64,000 nt of DNA from Candidatus Caccoplasma merdipullorum (GTDB lineage: Bacteria; Bacteroidota; Bacteroidia; Bacteroidales; G3-4614): positions 13,292 through 77,291 of the forward strand of contig JADIMW010000003.1 in assembly GCA_017694415.1 (NCBI GenBank), given 5' to 3'. Of this stretch, positions 57,464 to 64,000 are shown in pieces. Position 1 is the first letter of the stretch. Each line of letters begins with the position of its first letter. The translations under genes were made by a program, and so were the position numbers. Below the pieces are notes generated by a model. That model was not told the origin of the DNA and searched no databases. It saw nothing but the letters and a program-made list of their open reading frames with translations.

Positions 57464-57605
57464 GTCTGGATATACCGTAACGTAATAGCGCACACGGAAT
57501 CGATTGGCAGCAGAACGTTCTGTATAACCTCCTCGAAACATATCCTCATGACTCAAGGATTTGTATCTGTCGGACAAGCTATAACAGCAGAAAAATTCGA
57601 CACTG

Positions 57606-57613
57606 CAAAGATA
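57606..57613 (-). promoter_or_regulatory. distal consensus -7 box upstream of the glycogen-synthase-like gene
   Basis: On the minus strand the box is TATCTTTG (plus caaagata). It lies 172 nt upstream of ATG 57433. Confidence 0.35.
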
Positions 57614-57827
57614 ATAATTTTTTTTTGTGGATTAACCAAACGTTTTGTCATTTTTTGTTATATATATCTACAACTCCTATAAATAATTATAAAACAAAAC
57701 TTTATATGGACGAATACTGTTACGGCCTTATTATTTTGCTGCGGCGGAGAGATTTTTTTCAAGCATAACAGACCTTATATATGAGTATAAATTACTTACT
57801 TTGCAGCGTTTTTTGTAAATTTATAAA

Positions 57828-58679
57828 ATGGAAATCGTCTCGACTGTCGCCTCGCTGAAAGAGGCAATAAAAAAATTCAGAGATAACGGGGATTCGGTTG
57901 GATTGGTCCCCACAATGGGAGCTTTGCATAACGGTCATATTTCACTCGTAAAAAAATGTATTGCCGAAAACGGTTGCTGCGTGGTTTCGATTTTTGTAAA
58001 CCCCACCCAGTTCAACGACAAAAAAGACCTACAACTTTATCCGCGGACTCCGCAGGAAGATTGCAAACTGCTCGAAGAGGCTGGTTGCAACATTGTTTTT
58101 GCCCCCGAGGTTGAAGAGATGTATCCTGTAGAGGATACCAGAATTTTCAATCTGGGCCCAGTGGCTGAAGTTATGGAAGGAAAGTTCCGCCCGGGTCATT
58201 TTAACGGCGTGGCACAGATTGTCAGCAAGCTCTTTTATGCCGCCGAACCGGACAACGCTTATTTCGGCGAAAAGGATTTTCAACAGATTGCCGTCATTAG
58301 GAGCATGGCCAAAGAACTTGGCTTGGACAAAATAAATATCGTGGCTGTACCGATAGTCAGGGAGGAGGACGGATTGGCTCTCAGCAGCAGGAACAGACGC
58401 CTGTCGCCCGAGCAGAGAAAAAATGCGCCTCAAATATGGGAAACTCTGTGCAAAAGTTGTAAATTTGCAGAATCTCATACGGTTGCAGAAACGATTAAAT
58501 TCGTTATTGACACGCTCAACGGCATCGACCAGATGCGTGTGGAATATTACGAAATTGTAAACGGCAAGACTCTGATGCCGGTGCAAGACTGGAACGAGGC
58601 CGATTACATAGTGGGATGCATTACCGTTTTCTGTGGCGAGGTCAGACTTATTGACAACATTACATATAAACGGAACTGA
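57828..58679 (+). CDS. panC: pantoate--beta-alanine ligase
   Basis: 283 aa. The conserved blocks are [18 protein letters not shown] and GEKDFQQ. Confidence 0.95.
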   Translation: MEIVSTVASLKEAIKKFRDNGDSVGLVPTMGALHNGHISLVKKCIAENGCCVVSIFVNPTQFNDKKDLQLYPRTPQEDCKLLEEAGCNIVFAPEVEEMYPVEDTRIFNLGPVAEVMEGKFRPGHFNGVAQIVSKLFYAAEPDNAYFGEKDFQQIAVIRSMAKELGLDKINIVAVPIVREEDGLALSSRNRRLSPEQRKNAPQIWETLCKSCKFAESHTVAETIKFVIDTLNGIDQMRVEYYEIVNGKTLMPVQDWNEADYIVGCITVFCGEVRLIDNITYKRN

Positions 58680-58701
58680 TATTGATTAAAACATACCGGA
58701 T

Positions 58702-59058
58702 ATGTTTATAGAGGTACTGAAATCGAAAATACACCGTGCCACGGTAACCGAAGCAAATCTGAATTACATAGGTAGCATCACTATTGATGAAGACCTTATG
58801 GATGCTGCAGGTATAATCGCCAATGAAAAGGTACATGTAGTCAATAACAATAACGGGGCCAGATTCACGACTTACGTGATAAAGGGTGAAAGAGGCTCCG
58901 GCGTTATCTGCCTGAACGGTGCGGCTGCCCGTCTTGTTCAGCCCGGCGACATAGTTATTATCATGGCGTATGCCATGATGGATATGGACGAGGCCAAATC
59001 GTTTAATCCTAAAGTTATTTTTCCTCAGGGAAAGAGCAATAAATTGATAACTGAATAA
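58702..59058 (+). CDS. panD: aspartate 1-decarboxylase
   Basis: 118 aa. The sequence [29 protein letters not shown] contains the Gly-Ser self-cleavage site. Confidence 0.95.
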   Translation: MFIEVLKSKIHRATVTEANLNYIGSITIDEDLMDAAGIIANEKVHVVNNNNGARFTTYVIKGERGSGVICLNGAAARLVQPGDIVIIMAYAMMDMDEAKSFNPKVIFPQGKSNKLITE

Positions 59059-59257
59059 CATAAACCAGTACGGAGGGGTATCAAGCCTCAAACGATTACG
59101 CATCTTACGGATGCGCAATGCTAATTAAAGGAATAAGCGATTGCTGTACGACAGGATGACATCGGCGGATGTAAAGCCTGCTTACCGTAATAGGCGATTT
59201 TGCTTTTTATACCGATACGCCGCCGGCTTGTTATAACACCAAAAATCGATATACAAT

Positions 59258-60580
59258 ATGTTTGAAAACTTAAGCGAACGCTTAGAACGCTCATTTAAGA
59301 TATTAAAGGGTGAAGGTAAAATTACCGAAATAAACGTAGCGGAGACTCTTAAAGATGTTCGTAAGGCTCTTTTGGATGCCGACGTAAACTACAAGGTGGC
59401 CAAACAGTTTACCGATACGGTAAAGGAAAAAGCTCTCGGCATGAACGTCCTTACGGCTGTAAAGCCGGGACAACTGATGGTTAAGCTCGTTCATGACGAG
59501 CTTGCCCTGCTTATGGGAGGGAAAGCCGCCGATTTCAATATATCGGGTAACCCCACCGTAATACTTATGTCGGGCTTGCAAGGTTCGGGTAAAACCACGT
59601 TCTCCGGAAAACTTGCCTTGATGCTGAAAGGGAAAAAGGGTAAACGCCCTCTATTGACGGCCTGCGACGTTTACCGCCCTGCCGCCATAGAACAGTTGAA
59701 AGTTATAGGTGAACAAATTGGCGTGTCGGTTTATTGCGACGAAGCGAGCAAAGACCCTGTGGCTATAGCTAAGGATGCCATAAAACATGCGCGTAACGCA
59801 GGTTATGACACCGTAATAATAGACACCGCCGGCCGTCTTGCCGTGGATGAGGAGATGATGCGCGAGATTAAGGCAATAAAGGATGCGGTGAATCCTAACG
59901 AAATTCTCTTCGTCGTCGATTCCATGACTGGTCAGGATGCTGTAAACACGGCAAAAGCATTTAACGACAGATTGGATTTTTCGGGCGTTGTCCTGACAAA
60001 ACTCGACGGTGATACACGCGGCGGTGCGGCTCTTTCCATACGTACCGTGGTTGATAAACCGATAAAGTTTATCGGTATCGGAGAAAAGATGGAGGCTCTC
60101 GACGTGTTCCACCCGGAACGTATGGCCGACCGGATTCTGGGAATGGGCGACATTGTATCGTTTGTCGAGAGGGCTCAAGAGCAATACAACGAGGAAGAAG
60201 CTCGCAGACTGCAAAAGAAGATTGCAAAAAACCAGTTCGACTTCAACGATTTTCTGGGTCAGATTCAACAGATAAAGAAGATGGGAAATCTTAAGGACTT
60301 GGCTGCGATGATTCCCGGAATTGGAAAAGCCGTAAAGGATATAGACATAAAAGACGATGCGTTTAAAAGCATAGAAGCCATGATAGGCTCAATGACTCCT
60401 GCCGAGAGGAGAAACCCGGATTTGATAAACAGCAGCCGCAGGCAACGAATAGCCAAAGGCAGCGGTGTTCCCATACAGGAAGTGAACCGCGTAATAAAAC
60501 AGTTCGAAACAACTCGCAAAATGATGCACAAGATAAGCAAGAATCCGATGCAGACAATGCGGAACTTAAAAAGAAGATAA
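59258..60580 (+). CDS. ffh: signal recognition particle protein Ffh
   Basis: 440 aa. The GTPase motifs are [14 protein letters not shown] and TKLDGD. A Met-rich M domain is present. Confidence 0.97.
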   Translation: MFENLSERLERSFKILKGEGKITEINVAETLKDVRKALLDADVNYKVAKQFTDTVKEKALGMNVLTAVKPGQLMVKLVHDELALLMGGKAADFNISGNPTVILMSGLQGSGKTTFSGKLALMLKGKKGKRPLLTACDVYRPAAIEQLKVIGEQIGVSVYCDEASKDPVAIAKDAIKHARNAGYDTVIIDTAGRLAVDEEMMREIKAIKDAVNPNEILFVVDSMTGQDAVNTAKAFNDRLDFSGVVLTKLDGDTRGGAALSIRTVVDKPIKFIGIGEKMEALDVFHPERMADRILGMGDIVSFVERAQEQYNEEEARRLQKKIAKNQFDFNDFLGQIQQIKKMGNLKDLAAMIPGIGKAVKDIDIKDDAFKSIEAMIGSMTPAERRNPDLINSSRRQRIAKGSGVPIQEVNRVIKQFETTRKMMHKISKNPMQTMRNLKRR

Positions 60581-60584
60581 TATC

Positions 60585-61466
60585 ATGCAACTGATTGACG
60601 GAAAGGCTGTAGCAGCCGAAATAAAACGCGAAATAGCCAAAGAGGTTGAAGAAATTGTAAGCGGAGGGGGTAAAAGGCCGCATCTTGCCGCAATACTCGT
60701 AGGTCATGACGGCGGAAGCGAAACTTACGTGGCTCACAAAGTGAAAGCATGTGAGGAATGTGGTTTTAAATCGACTCTGATTCGCTTTGAGGATTACGTA
60801 ACTGAAGAGAGACTGTTGCAAGAGGTAAAACGTCTTAATGAAGATTCGGACATAGACGGCTTTATCGTTCAACTGCCGCTTCCGCGACACATATCGGAAC
60901 AACGCGTAATTGAGGCCATAGATTACCGCAAGGATGTGGACGGATTCCACCCTATCAACGTAGGGAGGATGTCGATAGGCTTGCCCTGCTTCGTTTCGGC
61001 AACTCCGGCCGGAATAATGGAACTGCTTAAACGCTACAATATTAAAACGGAAGGGAAGAGATGTGTTGTTCTCGGCCGCAGCAATATTGTAGGAAAACCT
61101 GTCGCTACCCTCATGATGCAGAAAAGCTATCCCGGAAACGCAACTGTTACCGTATGCCACAGCCGTTCGGAGGGATTAAAGGAGATATGTCGCGAGGCCG
61201 ACATAATTATCGCCGCACTCGGCTCTCCCGAGTTTGTAACGGCAGATATGGTTAAGGAGGGTGCTGTTATAATAGATGTAGGTACTACCCGCGTTCCTTC
61301 GGACAAAACCAAATCGGGATTCAAACTCACGGGTGATGTCAAGTTTGACGAAGTCGCCCCGCTCTGTTCGTATATAACACCGGTGCCCGGAGGCGTTGGA
61401 CCAATGACAATCGTATCGCTGATGCGGAATACTCTGCTGGCAGGTAAAAAAGTGATTTACGGATAA
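60585..61466 (+). CDS. folD: bifunctional methylenetetrahydrofolate dehydrogenase/cyclohydrolase
   Basis: 293 aa. The conserved blocks are [29 protein letters not shown] and [10 protein letters not shown]. Confidence 0.96.
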   Translation: MQLIDGKAVAAEIKREIAKEVEEIVSGGGKRPHLAAILVGHDGGSETYVAHKVKACEECGFKSTLIRFEDYVTEERLLQEVKRLNEDSDIDGFIVQLPLPRHISEQRVIEAIDYRKDVDGFHPINVGRMSIGLPCFVSATPAGIMELLKRYNIKTEGKRCVVLGRSNIVGKPVATLMMQKSYPGNATVTVCHSRSEGLKEICREADIIIAALGSPEFVTADMVKEGAVIIDVGTTRVPSDKTKSGFKLTGDVKFDEVAPLCSYITPVPGGVGPMTIVSLMRNTLLAGKKVIYG

Positions 61467-61528
61467 TATCTATATGGATTAAGCTATTTCGCCCCAAAAA
61501 GCGACTGTTTGATATAATACGTATTAAC

Positions 61529-61571
61529 AAAGGTATGCCGGCTTGCTAAAAACGCCCGCATACCTTTTTTA
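61529..61571 (+). terminator. intrinsic terminator after folD
   Basis: A 10-bp stem pairs aaaggtatgc (61529-61538) with gcataccttt (61558-61567). The loop is 19 nt and a T-run follows. Confidence 0.6.
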
Positions 61572-61582
61572 TCAGTTATCGG

Positions 61583-62680
61583 ATGAAAAAAAGACTCTCT
61601 TTTATTATTGCTTTCGCTATCGCTACAATTTCGGGGAATGTAACATCGCAAAAACTCTCTCTGCTGTTTGCCGGCGATGCCATGCAGCATAAGGCTCAAA
61701 TAGAGAATGCCCGCAAAAGCGACGGAGGCTTCTTTTATGACGACAATTTTTCCGATATAAAAGACGAGGTTTCTTCGGCCGATATTGCAATTGTAAATCT
61801 GGAAGCTCCGTTGGGCGGAAATCCATACACGGGGTATCCTACCTTCAGCGCTCCCGATGAATTTGCTGGAGCATTGAAGCGGTGCGGATTTGATATATTC
61901 CTGACAGCAAACAACCATATCTTGGACAAGGGGGCAAAGGGGACTGTAAGGACGATCGCCGCTCTCGACTCGATAGGTGTCAGACATGCCGGCAGCTACA
62001 AGAACTCGGTAACCAGAAGGATTAATACTCCCCTTATGATTACCGGCAAAGGGATACGTATTGCGTTGCTTAATTACACGTACGGAACAAACGGAATAAC
62101 TGTAAAAGCCGGATGTATAATAAACTATATTGATACGGCACTGATTAAACGCGATATAAATGCGGCAAAGGATTTGGATGCCGACATAATTATCGCGGCT
62201 TTGCACTGGGGGGACGAGTACCAGACTCTCCCTAACAAAAAACAAAAGGCTCTTGCCGAATGGCTGCACAAATCGGGTGTAAGAATAATAATAGGTTCGC
62301 ATCCGCACGTTATTCAGCCGATAGTAACCGAAACTGACAAAAACGGTAATATCGACAATATCACGCTTTATTCTCTCGGCAACTTCATATCGAACATGCA
62401 GACAAAAATGACTATGGGCAGTATTATTTTTCGATTTGAATTAGAAAAGAAAAACGATTCTGTAATTATAACATCTCCGAGATATGCCAAAATATTCACT
62501 CAACGCCCTGCGCAATACCCGGGAATGCCATATAAGGTTATTGCGGCCGACAGCAGCAATATCAGCAATGTGAATTTGCCCAAAAGGCTGAGGTCGGATA
62601 TTGAGAACTATGCTACTGAAGCGGATAAGATATTCCGGCAGAATAACAGTCCGGATGTAAAAGAATATTTTTACGATTAA
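61583..62680 (+). CDS. CapA family (metallophosphatase-like) protein
   Basis: 365 aa with a signal peptide. The conserved blocks are LLFAGDAM, NLEAP, ANNHILD and HWGDEY. Confidence 0.85.
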   Translation: MKKRLSFIIAFAIATISGNVTSQKLSLLFAGDAMQHKAQIENARKSDGGFFYDDNFSDIKDEVSSADIAIVNLEAPLGGNPYTGYPTFSAPDEFAGALKRCGFDIFLTANNHILDKGAKGTVRTIAALDSIGVRHAGSYKNSVTRRINTPLMITGKGIRIALLNYTYGTNGITVKAGCIINYIDTALIKRDINAAKDLDADIIIAALHWGDEYQTLPNKKQKALAEWLHKSGVRIIIGSHPHVIQPIVTETDKNGNIDNITLYSLGNFISNMQTKMTMGSIIFRFELEKKNDSVIITSPRYAKIFTQRPAQYPGMPYKVIAADSSNISNVNLPKRLRSDIENYATEADKIFRQNNSPDVKEYFYD

Positions 62681-62693
62681 AAACGCACCTGCT

Positions 62694-62725
62694 CTTGCAA
62701 GGAATAAAAAAATACTATACCTTTG
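62694..62725 (+). promoter_or_regulatory. promoter for tRNA-His
   Basis: The -33-like cTTG is at 62694-62697. A 20-nt spacer separates it from the -7 box TACCTTTG at 62718-62725. The box lies 55 nt upstream of the tRNA. Confidence 0.5.
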
Positions 62726-62780
62726 CACCCGTTAAGACGGACAGACTCTTTTTGATTAGACCGTCCCTGACAATATAAAT

Positions 62781-62855
62781 GGTGAACGTAGCTCAGTTGG
62801 TTAGAGCGTCGGATTGTGGATCCGAAGGTCGTGGGTTCAAGCCCCATCTTTCACC
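62781..62855 (+). tRNA. tRNA-His (anticodon GUG) with encoded G-1
   Basis: Manual cloverleaf: G GTGAACG TA GCTC AGTTGGTTA GAGC G TCGGA TTGTGGA TCCGA AGGTC GTGGG TTCAAGC CCCAT CTTTCAC C. G-1 pairs with C73. There is one C-U mismatch in the acceptor stem. CCA is not encoded. Confidence 0.88.
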
Positions 62856-62859
62856 CGAA

Positions 62860-62905
62860 GAAACAGAGTGATTCAGAAAATATTGAATCGCTCTGTTTCC
62901 ATTTT
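62860..62905 (+). terminator. intrinsic terminator after tRNA-His
   Basis: A 16-bp stem with one G-U pair joins gaaacagagtgattca (62860-62875) and tgaatcgctctgtttc (62884-62899). The tail is cattttac. Confidence 0.7.
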
Positions 62906-63469
62906 ACACACATGACAATAATTTCTGGCGAATTTCAGATATTGCGGTATTGCACATAGATTTTTTATTATTCTGCTTCATGCTAAATACGGCAAGCAAA
63001 GGTGTATCATCACACAGAGCCATGAGGTAAGAGACTAATTGCCTATATTGCCGCCGCAGGTATGATAACAAGTTTTCTCAAACCCACATATACTAATTAA
63101 ACAGATAACGTATCTTGCTCTTGTTATCTTACAATACCGCACGGCTGCATATTGAAGCCTATCGTTAGGTTTGATATATGTTACTCCATACAGCTGCTTC
63201 CCCATTTTTATAGGCACCAAAACAAGCGGACACTATTTATTGAGCGTTGGAATCGACAAACAACTATTATACTGTTTGTTGATACAGTTACAGCTCTGCT
63301 CCTCTGCACAGTTATATTATGACAAATAGCGGATGTAAAAAAACCGACTTAAATCAAACCGGCTGTTTTCTTTTCAAACAGACTATCTCTCGGATTTTTA
63401 TGTCCTGCTTTTTTATCTGCACACCAAACGAGATGACAGATGAATTGCTTCGTGTATAACAGGCCTGAT

Positions 63470-64000
63470 TTACCTCACTGGCATTTCAGGCATTGCGCCT
63501 TGTTGCGTGCACACGTATGCGGAAGTCTCTACGGCTACGGTATGTGCGGTTTCAGCATCTGCTCCGTTCAACAATGATGCAACGAATGCTGCCGTAAAAG
63601 AATCGCCGGCTCCTACTGTATCTACAACATTTACCTTAGGGGTATCGCGGAAAATAATCTTGTCGTCTGCATATACAAAACTGTTTTCAGCTCCACGCGT
63701 TAGAATTAGGTATTTCAACGAAAAATCCTGCTTTAATTTATTGCAGACTTCATAGTCAGGCATTGATTTGTCGTAAAACAAATCTCTTAATTTCAGTAGT
63801 TCTTCTTCATTTATCTTTAATATGTTACAACGCTTAATGGAATATTCCAATATCTCTTTGTCGTAAAAGTTCTGACGCAGATTTATATCGAATATTTTAT
63901 ACGAAGCAGGAGTATCTGGTACGGCATCGACAAATTTCATGATTGTCTTTCGCGATACCGGGTTTCGCTGTGCCAACGAACCGAAACATACGGCTACGGT
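63470..64000 (-). CDS. PfkB family carbohydrate kinase (fructokinase-like); 5' end beyond the window
   Basis: The frame is open to position 64000, and the ORF-track M at 63976 is a TTG inside the gene. The C-terminal motif is DTVGAGDSFTAAFVASLL. Confidence 0.85.
   Translation of the reverse strand, partial: TVAVCFGSLAQRNPVSRKTIMKFVDAVPDTPASYKIFDINLRQNFYDKEILEYSIKRCNILKINEEELLKLRDLFYDKSMPDYEVCNKLKQDFSLKYLILTRGAENSFVYADDKIIFRDTPKVNVVDTVGAGDSFTAAFVASLLNGADAETAHTVAVETSAYVCTQQGAMPEMPVR

Noticed and set aside
59059-59257. The 199-nt region upstream of ffh was examined as a possible SRP (4.5S) RNA or structured leader.
   Set aside because: I could not find the conserved SRP domain IV motif (GGAA tetraloop context with symmetric and asymmetric loops). 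Only short 5-6-bp hairpins are present. An Infernal scan would be needed to say more.
60363-62308. Two long minus-strand ORFs (265 aa and 274 aa) opposite ffh/folD and the CapA gene.
   Set aside because: They are antisense shadows of highly confident genes with no motifs.

Overview
This window looks like core chromosome from a Bacteroidota genome, most likely a Bacteroidales anaerobe. The taxonomic call is inferred from T9SS C-terminal sorting domains, recurrent TAnnTTTG -7 promoter boxes, Ser-type sulfatases, PPDK, and the panCD / glycogen-synthase-like / DUF4270 synteny. No database search was run. I can support 53 protein-coding genes, with one cut at each window edge, plus 2 tRNA genes (Thr-CGU, His-GUG). 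I also call about a dozen hairpin terminators and about a dozen promoter boxes. Most genes are housekeeping: rlmD, ppdK, queD/queE-like, ettA, menA, dcp, manA, topB, fabG, panC, panD, ffh and folD. I found no CRISPR array, integrase, transposase, rRNA or phage gene. The best candidate for an undescribed or mis-contextualised system is a single 530-aa gene at 22778-24370. It fuses an ABC-type ATPase to a DUF4435/Toprim-like domain, the architecture of OLD-family nucleases and merged PARIS systems. It has its own promoter box and ends 5 nt before menA, so it is not in a defence island. Secondary leads are listed below.
- A LemA-TPM-TPR operon whose TPM protein carries an inserted 4-Cys zinc ribbon.
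- A QueD/QueE-like pair with a non-canonical CX3CX6C radical-SAM motif.
- A half-length glycogen-synthase-like gene lacking the KTGGL motif.
- Overlapping tandem Ser-type sulfatases.
- A perfect 16-bp dyad on the predicted TSS of a TonB-dependent receptor.
- Three ORF-free intergenic stretches with orphan structures.
All function calls rest on motifs I read in the translations and on family knowledge. Nothing was computed beyond manual translation, base-pairing and coordinate counting.
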